Source: Schizosaccharomyces osmophilus (taxonomy: Eukaryota). Taken from it: DNA of 64,000 bases. Location: contig NC_079238.1 of assembly GCF_027921745.1 (NCBI RefSeq), positions 4,464,001 through 4,528,000 of the forward strand, in the 5' to 3' direction. This document shows positions 22,728 to 34,721 of the stretch, in pieces. Under the pieces are notes generated by a model. It saw only the letters and a program-made list of their open reading frames with translations, was not told where the DNA came from and searched no databases. The position numbers and the translations under genes were made by a program. Within the stretch, counting starts at the first letter, position 1; each line of letters opens with the position of its first letter.

Positions 22728-23567
22728 GAAATTGGTAAAAGACAAAGTGTTTACATGGATAACGACAAGGACCGTAATATTCACTTGTTTGATATTCAAT
22801 ATCATTTTAAAAACTATAGTGAGGTATTGTTATACAGAATAGGAAGCTACAATTATCCTGTGGAAAGTTTGTTTAGCGATAAAATAATAGACATCCCAAC
22901 TCAAAAATTTATAATATTATTAACTATAACGACACAATATAATACTAAACATTTCATTGTGATGTTTGGGATTAGAGGGAAATGACACGAATCTGGAACA
23001 TTTGTTTAAGAAAATGCCGAGAAGTATTGAAGCAACATTGACTCATGATGTTAGATCTCGGGATGTGGAAAAGTATGAATACCGAGCTATTCCTGGCCAA
23101 AATTGTATACTATGTAAGGTTTTGCCTATTGCATTAATGGGAGTGTTTTCTTGAATCACTTTTAATAAGTCGGCCACACAACTGAACTGACTATACTTTT
23201 CACACATATAATGAAATTAACTGCGATCGAATATAGTGTTACTCATACCTTGGTTTTCCTTAAGCAGCGCATACAACGATACTTTTAAGAGAGCAATTCA
23301 AACAATCTTTTGTATATGAAAAGAAAACAGACCGCCTTTTTCATTCCAATAAACGAAAATTCCTTTTGAAATGGATTGCTAGCTGCAAGGTAACAGTAAA
23401 AACCGAACATTTCTTTCATAGTAGTTGTATTATATGAGTCGTATAAATAATCTTAGCTTGGTATCATAATACAATTTCAAACTTGAAAGCGACATCTAGC
23501 AAGTACCAGTGAAAAGTTACAGAATGTCTTACTTTTTCATAGAAATTTATTCTGGTTGAATTGCTTT

Positions 23568-24881
23568 ATGTCGAAACCAATTTGTATTGTCTGCGGGACC
23601 ACGGGAGCTGGAAAATCCGATTTGGCTGTTGAGCTAGCCAAAAAGTTTGAAACAGAAGTTATCAATGCGGATTCTATGCAAGTGTATCGAGGGTTTGATA
23701 CAATAACAAACAAAATATCTCGTGAAGAACAAAAAAATGTCGCTCATCATCTCATGTCGTTTCTAGATTATGATCAAGAATATAGTGTTCCCAACTTTGA
23801 GAGGGACGCGAGGAGAATCATTCATGGATTGCACGCAAAAGGAAAAATTCCGATTTTAGTAGGTGGTACGAATTACTATCTGCATTCCTTATTGTTTGAT
23901 GACTCTACCCTTTCGTCCATTGATCCTCCTTTACCAGACAAAGTCAAGCATCCCGACGAAGGAATATTAAGCTATGAGAATACAGATTTGATGCTTCCAT
24001 ATTTGCAAAAAGTTGATCCATTAATGGCTGAGCGCTGGCATCCTCGTGACGTACGCAAGATCCGCAGAAGCTTGGAAATTTACTTTCACACGGGAAAGCG
24101 ACCTTCCGATATCTACAAAGAACAGTCGAGTTTAAGGAAATCGAAATTAAAGTATAAAACGCTTCTATTTTGGGCAAATGCTGAAAATGATGTGCTGATG
24201 CCTCGCTTGGATGCCCGAGTAGATAAAATGCTGCAGCATGGGCTTTTGGATGAAATACAAACCATGAAATCTTCTATCGATAAAAGTGGGTTTACACCCG
24301 ATCCTACTAGAGGAATTTGGCAATGTATAGGGTTTAAAGAGTTCGAACCTTGGTTTCATAATTCGTCTCAGGAAACATTTCAAGCATGTTTAGAAAAAAT
24401 GAAGGTGTCCACAAAGCAGTATGCCAAGTATCAAAAGAAATGGATTCTAAATCGGCTTTTACCTCTTTGCGTCTCCGAACAAAAGTTGAGGCCTTCGTCT
24501 ATTCTATTTTCAATTGCAAACACCACGAATTTACAAAACTGGAACAAAGAAGTAACCCGTTCGTGCGATATTTTCTCCTGTTTTTTCAATGATCAAACAC
24601 TTCCTGCTATGTCAGAAGAAGAACACCGAGTATCGGAAAAAGCCGAAAAAGTTCTACAAATACAGGACAAAGATACAATTAGTACAAAGTTTACCTGTGA
24701 TGTTTGCTTAGATAAAACTGGGAGATCCTTTGTTTCCATCGGTAAAGACGCATGGCAAACACATCTCCAAAGTCGAAAACACAAAATGACGATTCGTCGA
24801 ATGAAAGAAAGAGCCACTCGACATGAGCGCATCGAAGCTGCAAAGAAAGCTGCTATGGAAAAGAATATGGAAATCGATTAG
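23568..24881 (+). CDS. tit1: tRNA isopentenyltransferase (Mod5/MiaA family)
   Basis: GTTGAGKS P-loop, INADSMQVY, VGGTNYY, WQCIGFKEF and C-terminal Zn finger CDVC...HLQSRKH. Confidence 0.95.
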   Translation: MSKPICIVCGTTGAGKSDLAVELAKKFETEVINADSMQVYRGFDTITNKISREEQKNVAHHLMSFLDYDQEYSVPNFERDARRIIHGLHAKGKIPILVGGTNYYLHSLLFDDSTLSSIDPPLPDKVKHPDEGILSYENTDLMLPYLQKVDPLMAERWHPRDVRKIRRSLEIYFHTGKRPSDIYKEQSSLRKSKLKYKTLLFWANAENDVLMPRLDARVDKMLQHGLLDEIQTMKSSIDKSGFTPDPTRGIWQCIGFKEFEPWFHNSSQETFQACLEKMKVSTKQYAKYQKKWILNRLLPLCVSEQKLRPSSILFSIANTTNLQNWNKEVTRSCDIFSCFFNDQTLPAMSEEEHRVSEKAEKVLQIQDKDTISTKFTCDVCLDKTGRSFVSIGKDAWQTHLQSRKHKMTIRRMKERATRHERIEAAKKAAMEKNMEID

Positions 24882-25279
24882 TTCAATCTCTTTTTTTTTT
24901 ATTTTTGGTCGGTTTGGATTGGGGTTTACCGGTAATATAGAGTCTAAGGAACGTGATTTAAAATCACCTTTTTTTTCTGTTGATTATTTAAGCTACCACC
25001 TTTAATGCTTATTACTTTTTTTATTTTATTCTTATTTGAGTTTTTGTTATTCATACTATCAGATTTTATATTTGCTCGACTTTATCTATAAAGACCTTGT
25101 TTGTTTGTTTATTAGTGAAACGCGACGTACCAGCATCCCTATTATTTGCAAAGATAGCGTAGATCTTAAAATAGCTCACATTTTACTGGCAAAAATGTGT
25201 CTCTCCCTTCCCCAACTTACAATCAATAATTGCCATCAAACAATTCTGATATTTGCGAGCATACAGGGATCCAGTGCAA

Positions 25280-27349
25280 ATGATGCGCATTGGTCAAACA
25301 AAAACCCAGCTAAAGGGTCTTTCTTACTCTTTTCGTGGCTTTGCCACGGGTAATAAACTACCTCAAACGATCACCGAAAAGATCGTTCAAAGGTTTGCGC
25401 AGAATCTTCCTGAGGGAAAATTCGTTCGTTCCGGTGATTATGTGACAATTAAGCCGAAACACTGTATGTCTCATGACAACTCATGGCCTGTCGCATTAAA
25501 GTTTATGGGCATTGGCGCCGAAAAAGTATTCGACAATCGTCAAGTAGTTTGTACTTTGGATCACGACGTACAAAATATAAGCGAAACCAACTTGCGTAAA
25601 TACAGAAACATTGAGTCCTTTGCTAAAGGACAAGGAATTGATTTCTATCCTGCTGGCCGAGGTATCGGGCATCAGATCATGGTTGAACAGGGATATGCAA
25701 TGCCAGGTAGCCTAGCAGTCGCTAGTGATTCACATTCTAATACCTACGGCGGTGTTGGTTGCTTAGGTACCCCTATTGTCCGTACGGATGCAGCTGCTAT
25801 TTGGGCTACGGGTCAAACTTGGTGGCAGATTCCGCCCATCGCTCGTGTTAATCTTGTTGGTCAGTTACCAAAAGGTTTGTCAGGAAAAGATATTATTGTA
25901 TCTCTTTGTGGTGCTTTCAATCATGACGAGGTTTTGAACCATGCCATCGAGTTTTATGGTGAGGGTCTAAAGAGTTTGGATATTGACTCTCGCCTTACCA
26001 TTGCCAACATGACTACGGAATGGGGAGCTCTTTCTGGTTTGTTTCCTACTGACGACAAGGTTTTTGAATGGTATGAAAAACGTCTTGCATTTTTAGGCCC
26101 CAATCATCCAAGAGTCAACCGCAAAGCTCTTGATGACATGAAAGCCAACCCTATCATCCCTGATGAGAACTCTCATTATTCCAAATTCCTCACTCTGGAT
26201 CTTAATACTCTTTCTCCCGTTGTTTCAGGACCCAATTCTGTAAAAATTTACAACTCAGCTGCCAAACTTGAAAGGGATGATATCCCAATCAAGAAGGCTT
26301 ATTTGGTTTCCTGCACAAATGGCCGACTTTCTGATATCCATGATGCTGCTGAAGTAGTTCGCGGCAAGAAGATTGCCGATGGCGTCGAATTTTATGTAGG
26401 TGCTGCATCAAGTGAAGTGGAAGAGGCAGCCAGAAATAATGGTGATTGGCAAACCCTTATAGATAGTGGCGCTCGTGCTCTTCCTGCTGGTTGCGGTCCT
26501 TGTATCGGTTTAGGTACCGGACTATTAAAGGAGGGTGAAGTTGGCATCAGTGCCACAAACCGTAATTTTAAGGGTCGCATGGGAAGCCGTGAAGCCTTGG
26601 CTTACTTAGCTTCTCCCGCTGTTGTCGCTGCCTCAGCTATTTCCGGAAAAATTGTTGCTCCTGAAGGTTTCAAAGACTCTGTTGATCAAGTTTCTGCTAT
26701 TGATGTCACAGAGAAAATGAATGCTGGCAAGAAGTCGGTGAATGAGACCAGTGTATCTGATTCTGAGACTGCCATTATTGATGGCTTTCCCGCATCCGTA
26801 TCCGGTGAAATCGTATTTTGTGATGCTGACAATTTAAATACTGATGGTATATACCCTGGTCGTTATACTTATAGAGACGATATAAGTAAAGAAGAAATGG
26901 CTAAGGTTTGCATGGAAAATTACGATGTTAATTTTGGAAACAAAACAAAGCCTAATGATATTTTAGTAAGCGGGTTTAATTTTGGTTGCGGTTCTAGCCG
27001 TGAACAAGCTGCTACTGCTATTTTATCTCGAGGAATTCCTCTCGTCGTCGGCGGATCTTTTAGTGACATTTTTAAACGTAACTCCATCAATAATGCCTTA
27101 TTGGCTGTTGAATTACCGGATCTTATTCAGAAGCTTCGTTCTACTTTTGCAAACAATCCTAAGGAACTTACTCGCCGTACCGGTTGGCATCTTAATTGGG
27201 ATGTTCGTAAAAGTTTTGTTGAAATCTCTACTTCTGATGGCGAGAAATTGTCCTGGCGAATTGGAGAGCTCGGAAACTCTGTACAAAGTCTTTTTGTTCG
27301 TGGAGGCCTTGAAGGTTGGGTCAAACATGAAATTTCTGAGTCTTCATAA
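25280..27349 (+). CDS. lys2: Homoaconitase (homoaconitate hydratase; Lys4 in S. cerevisiae)
   Basis: [34 protein letters not shown] and [10 protein letters not shown] aconitase-family motifs. Confidence 0.95.
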   Translation: MMRIGQTKTQLKGLSYSFRGFATGNKLPQTITEKIVQRFAQNLPEGKFVRSGDYVTIKPKHCMSHDNSWPVALKFMGIGAEKVFDNRQVVCTLDHDVQNISETNLRKYRNIESFAKGQGIDFYPAGRGIGHQIMVEQGYAMPGSLAVASDSHSNTYGGVGCLGTPIVRTDAAAIWATGQTWWQIPPIARVNLVGQLPKGLSGKDIIVSLCGAFNHDEVLNHAIEFYGEGLKSLDIDSRLTIANMTTEWGALSGLFPTDDKVFEWYEKRLAFLGPNHPRVNRKALDDMKANPIIPDENSHYSKFLTLDLNTLSPVVSGPNSVKIYNSAAKLERDDIPIKKAYLVSCTNGRLSDIHDAAEVVRGKKIADGVEFYVGAASSEVEEAARNNGDWQTLIDSGARALPAGCGPCIGLGTGLLKEGEVGISATNRNFKGRMGSREALAYLASPAVVAASAISGKIVAPEGFKDSVDQVSAIDVTEKMNAGKKSVNETSVSDSETAIIDGFPASVSGEIVFCDADNLNTDGIYPGRYTYRDDISKEEMAKVCMENYDVNFGNKTKPNDILVSGFNFGCGSSREQAATAILSRGIPLVVGGSFSDIFKRNSINNALLAVELPDLIQKLRSTFANNPKELTRRTGWHLNWDVRKSFVEISTSDGEKLSWRIGELGNSVQSLFVRGGLEGWVKHEISESS

Positions 27350-27635
27350 GCTCAATTAACGCTCCCTTAATTTAATTGCTTCGTTACTTGAAGTTTTTAT
27401 ATAGATGGTACATTTTTTATTTTGAAATGTTGCTTCTGTTTTTGGATACCAATATCATAAAATAATTTTGTATATAACTCGTTTAATTAATAAAGCACAC
27501 ATGCTATATCCTTATTTTCTTCAAACATGAGCTTTTAACCAAATTTTCCAAAAGAACCGTAAACATTCATTTTCATCTTTCTAAATTATACATGTCAAAA
27601 GGGATCTCAGCAAAAAACCATTTGCTAATACACCT

Positions 27636-29466
27636 CTAGTTCGTTTTTTGTCTCTTTGAATATTCTGCATCTTCCCCAGAGTCATTACCAGAGTTTTTAT
27701 AAAAGGGTTTTGGTTGTGTTTGCGTATACATTTTGGTAAACATCGGTTCGGATTCAGCAACATCAGCATACTTTAATAAAGCCTCTCGAGGATCCTCGTC
27801 TTTCATATCCGAAAGAGGAACATCGCCTTTATTTTCTTCGACCACACGTCCAAGTTCAGGCTGTCTAGAGCGCTTGGGGTCTTTCCGGGCGGCGTTACGT
27901 TGGCGACGAGCATTGAAATAGTAGTTCGTTACTGATTCGTTTGTTTCCTCAACTAATCCAAAATCATTAACTCCTCCGACAGAACCGCTTAAAGCATTCA
28001 CATGCACCGTGCTTTGTAAGTCATCATCAACATGTTTTACTTTTGGTGGCTTAGAAGCAGAATCTTTAATACCTCGAACAGACCCAGATGCTGAAAATAA
28101 AACAATGGATTCTCCTGTAGACATTCCGATACCAATTTGATTGATTTTCTCATTCCAAGAAACAGCGGTAATTGAGTGACGAACACTGCTTTGCGCATCA
28201 AATGCTAAATCAGCCTCTTGTTTAAAGGTGAGCGCATCCAAGACAAGTAGACTTCCATTGGTATCTTCAGTAGCCGCCGTTCCTAATAAAATTTGTTTTC
28301 TGTTGGGAGAAAAAATAACGTTTCCGCCGGCTTTCGGAGTAGGTATGTCAGATAGCTGTTGTAAAACGGTTTTCGTATTTCTCATATCCCAAAGTGATAC
28401 GACATTGTCTTCGAATCTACCAAGAAGGTAAGTTCCATCCGCTGAATAATTTAATGAAGTAGCACGGACTTGTGATGTGTGAGCCCGGGGGATCTTTAAA
28501 GATGGGTGACGAGTTCGGGAACCTCTCTGCCATACTTCCAAGGTTCCATCATACGCAGCAGTTACAAACCGGTTAATGTCTACAGGATTCCAAGCACAAC
28601 TAGTAATTGGTGCTCTGTTCATTCCGGTTCTGGCATTGTCGGATATATGAGAAAAAACCTCAACTTGCGACTTTGTTCGATTTACATCCCATATTCTAGC
28701 AGTATTATCGGCACCACAGGTCAAAAAAAACTGGTTGCTATTTGGCTGCCAACTACCATCTTCTATTTCTGAAATGTGACCCTTAGTATTGTACATATCT
28801 CGTATGTACTGGTCACCTTTAGCAAATTGAGCTATATACGTTCCATTTCGATCATAAAGGACAGGTCGGGAATGATTGAACAATGCCAATATTTGATTTT
28901 TTTGGGAACAATCGAGTTTCTTTATAGGGTAGCGACCTACATTATCAGCATTTGTGTCAGTAGGGTCGATGATATGGAATGGATTAGGATTAGATGCGTC
29001 TAATCCACCAAAATCCCAACAGCAGATTGTATTATCTGAAGATCCTGTGTAGAACCTAGTTCCATTGTTATCGAATGTTGTTGTAGTAACAATCTAATGT
29101 AGAAGGTTAGAGCGGTTGGTGAAGTTGGTCAAATATAAGTGTACATACCTTTGAATGAGTTGGAAAAACTACTTGGTGAGAAGATGGTATATTTAATTCA
29201 GACTCTACAGTCTCATCTTCACTATCCCATCCTTCAGAGTCAGAGTCAGAGTCCGAGTCAGATTTTGAAGAATCAGCTGCCTTAGCATCATGAGAACTTT
29301 CTTCCCCAATGAATGCCTTCGTATTCAAAAGTCTATTCCAATCTTTTGGACGAGCAAAGCGTTCTACGAGTGCAGCCGCATTATGATGTTGCGCCTGTTT
29401 TCCAAATGTGAAAGGCACCGTTTCCATAGGCTCTTCAGCAATAGGAGAACTAGAACGACTTGACAT
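27636..29466 (-). CDS. wdr70: WD40 repeat protein WDR70 (intron 29148-29094)
   Basis: YIRDMYNTKGH, DEDPREALLKYA and PMFTKMY motifs; the spliced frame joins the two ORFs. Confidence 0.9.
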
Positions 29467-29854
29467 GGGACTTTCTATTTAATTTAATTCCCTAGGTGAA
29501 CTTAGCGTTCGTTTACAATTTTCTTTTCGAGTTATGGTGGTGAGGTCCACCAAGCCAATTGAGGATTTCCAAAACAATTACGTTTTGAGCTGTTAGAATT
29601 CTTCTAAATACCAACCATTTTGCATGGTTATACTGTAAACTGTCGTTGGTATACCTGACGAGAAAATACCATGTCATTTGGTTTTGTTAGTTGCCTGCGG
29701 AAAGTAGCTTATTAGTCTTATTGTGAAGACAATTTTTTCTAGATTCTCCCAATAGCAACTTTCTTTTTATGTTCCTTTTTGGCTTTTTTGAAATTGAAGG
29801 AGTATTCTAAATACAAAAGATTACTAAAAAAGTCTTGTCCATGGTTTTCACTTT

Positions 29855-30489
29855 ATGAACCTACAAGGCTTGCAACGTAAGGACACTTACATCGCGAGAA
29901 GATTCAGAGGTTGCTAACAAGTAAAACATTAGTACCAGGAAGAGAGCATGCGTTCTCGCCAGAAGTGATTGACTTAACAGAGGAAATACATGATCCAGTT
30001 GCAAACGAAGAAGTTTCAGAAGTACCTTTCTTGGATTTAACTAGAATATCAGAAAATAGATCCAGAAGAAGACGAAGAATTGAAAATGATTTTGCAATTG
30101 AAGGTACACCTTCCACTCGTTCTATTTCAAATCGAGTTGGTCGGCCTCCAGTGTCAGTAGGCGGTGGTATATATTGGACGAGACAGCGAAGAAGAGCTTC
30201 GTTACAAAGATTAACTGGTCAGCCTTCTTCGAAATCCCAACCCCATATTACAAAACCAGTACCGGCTCCTGGCTTCACTTACGATGTAAAACCGGAGATG
30301 TTTTTGGTGTGTGCCGTATGCAAGACGGAACTTATCAATAATGGAACGATTTCTATATTTGCTTCAAAGTGCACTCATGTATTCTGCTCTTCATGTACGA
30401 AAGATCTTCGAAAAAAAACTCAACCATGCCCGGTGACACATTGTGAAAAACGCATCACGAAACGAGCTCTCTTTCCTCTATACATCTGA
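29855..30489 (+). CDS. rfp2: SUMO-targeted ubiquitin ligase subunit (SIMs plus RING); intron 29877-29932
   Basis: Spliced N-terminus MNLQGLQLPGRE; SIMs VIDLT and FLDLT; C-terminal RING CAVC...CTHVFCSSC...CPVTHC. Confidence 0.88.
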
Positions 30490-31701
30490 CGAGACCTCAA
30501 TGAATTCCAATAGTCATTTCTTATATTTCTTTGCTACAATTTATAAGAAAACAAACTTGAACATTCCGGTTCTCCTTTTGTAAAAACATTTACGGTCAAG
30601 AAAGAGACTTTTTTAAATAATTGTATATAGGGATACGACGGACAAAGGGAAATTAAGGATGGAAGCATTAATCCTTTACAGACGACGGATTACTCAAAAA
30701 CGGGGCAAGTAATGTGATTTGGGTATTAGATAATTTACAAGGAAACGAAGTTCTTATTATAAAAGGACTATTGAGAGAGAATTACAAACTTTAATGACCT
30801 GGAACCTCTCGTAACTAAAAAACTTGTAATGATGGACTTCCCTTTGGCAAAAGACTCAGATGCATATATTTTGGATGATCAACAGCCATATCAAATTTTT
30901 GTAGCTGTAATTTGTAATTGGATTTGCTTTTTATCGTAAAGTCTTTAATCTTCGAACCAAATTGACTTTTTGTTTTGCAAATATCTAGCAACAAGGGAAA
31001 AAAGAGAAATCAGATACATTTATTATAAAAAAAACATTGTTTCTAGTCAGCAGAACTCTTGTTTGATTGAATCCATCAGAATAGATGATCGATTCGCTTA
31101 AGTAAACTTTTGGGGAGCTTATTTTTTGACGCAAAGCGTCATGTCAACGAACCCTTTCTGAGTTTATCAAGTATGTAAACATATGAATGCTTGCATGCTG
31201 ATATAAGCCATTAGAGTTGCCATGTATTTCTCGAAGAATCGCTCAATCGCTGGTTCGTAAATATCTGAAGTTTGGCGATGACACTCGACAGATCCCTTCA
31301 ACAAAACGACCGCGGTTGCCAATCGATTAATCCCATCTAATTATCTACTTTTCTTGAACCAATTTAGAAAAAGAGCACAAATAAAACTATGTTACAAGAG
31401 CTACTGTAGGAGTTTGTCAATTTCGTATAAAGGATTTGGTAACAGTGTTACTTGTATTCACATTTGGATTCTCACTGAAGGGATACTACCAATCTCTACG
31501 AAACGAACATGCTCTTGTGTGCTTTTTTAAAATCGAAATAGGTTTGTTTTTAGCAATTCGACGTACTGGTTTCAAAAAAGTCGATCGCTCTTTCGTAAAC
31601 ATTTAAATTTGTCATCATTTCACGAAAGCAATTGACATCTGGATTAGCGTAGCATAAGCAGACACCACAGAAGAAAAAAAGATACACATCTAGTTTCTTG
31701 G

Positions 31702-33561
31702 ATGGGGATGGAACCCGAATCCACGAGAAATACACTTGCTTCTTTCCCTCGATTTCACGACAATAATTTTAGCTTTCAGGCCAGCTACAGTGATGAAGGT
31801 GCCGATGAGATCTCTTCCGTGTCTTCCACGAGTACTAGCGTTCTTTTACCCCGAGAAAATGAAGAAGATGAAGTTTTCAAAATATTAAAGTTCTTGGTTA
31901 CTCAATCAAAACTTGGACAATGGGCGAATCAATTGACAAATGCACTTCAGACAAGGAAAAAGGCACCACAGAAGCATAAAACGCCAAAGGTTTTTTACTC
32001 TGTGTTTGCCTGCCCTCCTTCAATCCTACATGAGGAAAAACAATGGAAGGCTTATCCTCATCATTCTGGACATGATTTTCATGACTTTGAGAAAACCGTG
32101 TTAGAAGCAAAGCAAGCGATTGATAAAAACGTGTTTCCGTGCCTAATTTCACAGGGCTCTTCTGGGTCTTACTTTGTAAATAACGACCAGGGGAGAATTA
32201 TAGCAGTCTTTAAGCCGAAAGATGAAGAGCCCTATGGCAAGTTGAATCCGAAGTGGATAAAGTGGTTTCATAGAAATCTCTTTCCTTGCTTTTTCGGAAG
32301 AAGCTGCCTCATACCAAATCTTTGCTATCTTTCAGAGGCGGCCGCCTGTCTTTTGGATCGTAGCCTTGGTCTTTACATCGTACCTTATACTGCCGTGGTG
32401 TCTTTGGCATCTCCTACATTTAATTATGACTACTTTGCTCGAAAATCATATCTTTCAAAAAACAAAAGTCTTCCGCAGAAGCTCGGATCTTTTCAACAAT
32501 TCCTCGAAGGCTACAAGTTAGCTTCTCATTTCCTGGAGTCCCATCCGTGGCCGGGCAGTAGATATCGAGAACATCGCGACTATACAGAGTCCGTTGGTTC
32601 AAGCCAAGACTTCGATATCTTTGATCCATTTTTGGCTGAAAACGAAATTGAAACCGACTTTTGGACAGAAGATATGCGTCTCAAATTCCGGTTCGAACTT
32701 GAAAAACTGGTGCTATTAGACTACTTGATGCGTAACACAGACCGTAGTTTGGATAATTGGATGATTAAAGTTTGTTGTGACCCCTGCAACGATCCGGAAT
32801 ACTTCAAATCCGTTCATATTCTTTCAAGTGATATAACACCTGATCTATCCTCCTCTGCTATGGATTGTTCTGATCATGTTAATGATTTGTGGAAAGGTCC
32901 TCACTTCCATATTGGTGCTATAGACAATTCTCTCGCATTTCCTTTTAAACATCCCGATTCCTGGAGATCGTTTCCCTATGGCTGGTTGTCGTTACCGCGA
33001 TCCATATTAACGCAATCATTTACTGAATTTACAAGACAGTTATTTTTACACAAACTCACTAGCAGAGAATGGTGGGAAAATATTACAGAGGAACTTCAGA
33101 ACACATTTTCGAAAGACGAAGACTTTGACCAAAAAATGTTTAAAAGTCAACTATATTTACTTAAAGGACAAGCTTATAATATCGTTGAGACTTTCAAGGA
33201 CCCTCTTACAAGTATTTTAGATTTGTTTGATCGGCCTAACTTGTACGTTGTTGATGACATCGTTCAGATAAAAGTTAAGAAACCATCGACAGAGGACGAA
33301 GATGTGAACCTCGGCTCCTCAAGGCATAATGGCCATCGAAGGTATGGAAGCGTACAACATACTCCCAATATATACCCGCAATCAAAAATGACACTACACC
33401 GGCTTTCTTCATTTCCCTCACTTGGTCATAAATTCACCGAATTGACTCCTTTGAATACCCATGCTCCAAATGCATCTTCCTCTGTAAAGGATGATGTAGC
33501 TCCAGTTATTTTCGAACGTTTGCTATATGCATCATCAAATGCGTTTTTCACTAGTTGTTAG
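31702..33561 (+). CDS. lsb6: Type II phosphatidylinositol 4-kinase
   Basis: QGSSGSYF, VFKPKDEEPYG, PCFFGRSCLIPN, LDYLMRNTDR, GAIDNSLAFP. Confidence 0.95.
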   Translation: MGMEPESTRNTLASFPRFHDNNFSFQASYSDEGADEISSVSSTSTSVLLPRENEEDEVFKILKFLVTQSKLGQWANQLTNALQTRKKAPQKHKTPKVFYSVFACPPSILHEEKQWKAYPHHSGHDFHDFEKTVLEAKQAIDKNVFPCLISQGSSGSYFVNNDQGRIIAVFKPKDEEPYGKLNPKWIKWFHRNLFPCFFGRSCLIPNLCYLSEAAACLLDRSLGLYIVPYTAVVSLASPTFNYDYFARKSYLSKNKSLPQKLGSFQQFLEGYKLASHFLESHPWPGSRYREHRDYTESVGSSQDFDIFDPFLAENEIETDFWTEDMRLKFRFELEKLVLLDYLMRNTDRSLDNWMIKVCCDPCNDPEYFKSVHILSSDITPDLSSSAMDCSDHVNDLWKGPHFHIGAIDNSLAFPFKHPDSWRSFPYGWLSLPRSILTQSFTEFTRQLFLHKLTSREWWENITEELQNTFSKDEDFDQKMFKSQLYLLKGQAYNIVETFKDPLTSILDLFDRPNLYVVDDIVQIKVKKPSTEDEDVNLGSSRHNGHRRYGSVQHTPNIYPQSKMTLHRLSSFPSLGHKFTELTPLNTHAPNASSSVKDDVAPVIFERLLYASSNAFFTSC

Positions 33562-34721
33562 AATGATGTCTTCTGAAAATCTATATTAAACAAAATGCAG
33601 CTTTCGCTACTAGCCTAGTTGGCTAGCTTCACTATAAGAGTGATCCTAAATCTTGTTTTTTCGATATAATGCCGTGATTCTGCGAATAAACATTTGACAA
33701 TCTATTAATCAAATTATATAATGTTTATATGCTCTTTGTTTCGTTGTTTTTGTTCGATCTTAGACAGGCTATTAATAACCCGAACTTACCGGCGATATAG
33801 AAGCACTTCTTTAATTTGCCAATGTCTGTTTAATTTGATACTTCAGACCTTTTAAGCCTTTAAATTAATGTCTCAACTAATACAGAAGAACCAATTTTAT
33901 TTAATACTAGTCACGTTACTAAATATAATTTGCATTTCATCGTTTTCCTAGCGAAAATACTTTTATTCACCTTGACCTTTTAAAAGGTGAAATGATGCAC
34001 GAAGAATTTGGACTGAACCACACCGATTTTGAACATCCTCTTGTATAAAATCGCCTTTAATCAAATATCAGCCTTCAAAACTGTTAAGTCTTTTCCTATA
34101 GTTTCATTTTTCATTAAGTAGTTGTCAATCTGTGGATCTGTTATATATGAAGGGCTTCTATTGAAAAGTTTGGCGGCGACGTTTCTTTTTACGATAAGCT
34201 CTAAGAATTTAAGAAATACGGGTTTTTCTTATCTTTTTTCTTTAATTTATCAAGCCTTTGAACTTATTGCACGGAAATTCATTAGCAATATAAGGCATAA
34301 TTGACTATTTATTACTGAGAAAAATCTTCAGCGAATTGAATAACTACTATATTTAGTTTTGTGTCCTTCAACGAAACATTGATTCCAGAAAAAAACGATA
34401 GAACTGGAAATTGGTTGAATTAGTGCACTTTTAATAGTTCCAAAGAAGCCAAGAGATATTTATTGACTTCTATAAACAAAACAAAACAAAACAAAGGGGG
34501 AAATTGATTTATTTACAAGAGTTTTGTGAATCGTTTAATCACTTTTCGATTTCTTTTTGTTTATTTATACAGCTTAGACAAACTACCGTTAAGTCTCTTC
34601 AAAAGAAGAATACCTTCTAAAGGGGTTTGTTAAGCTATTTGTTTAAAAAAGATCAGAAATACACATTACATTTTAACTCTGAATTGTTTGACAGAGCCAT
34701 TAGCTCTAAACGAACGAAATT

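Noticed and set aside
34473..34495. (AAAAC)n microsatellites here and near 59847-59868
   Set aside because: Ordinary short simple repeats in AT-rich promoter/UTR DNA.
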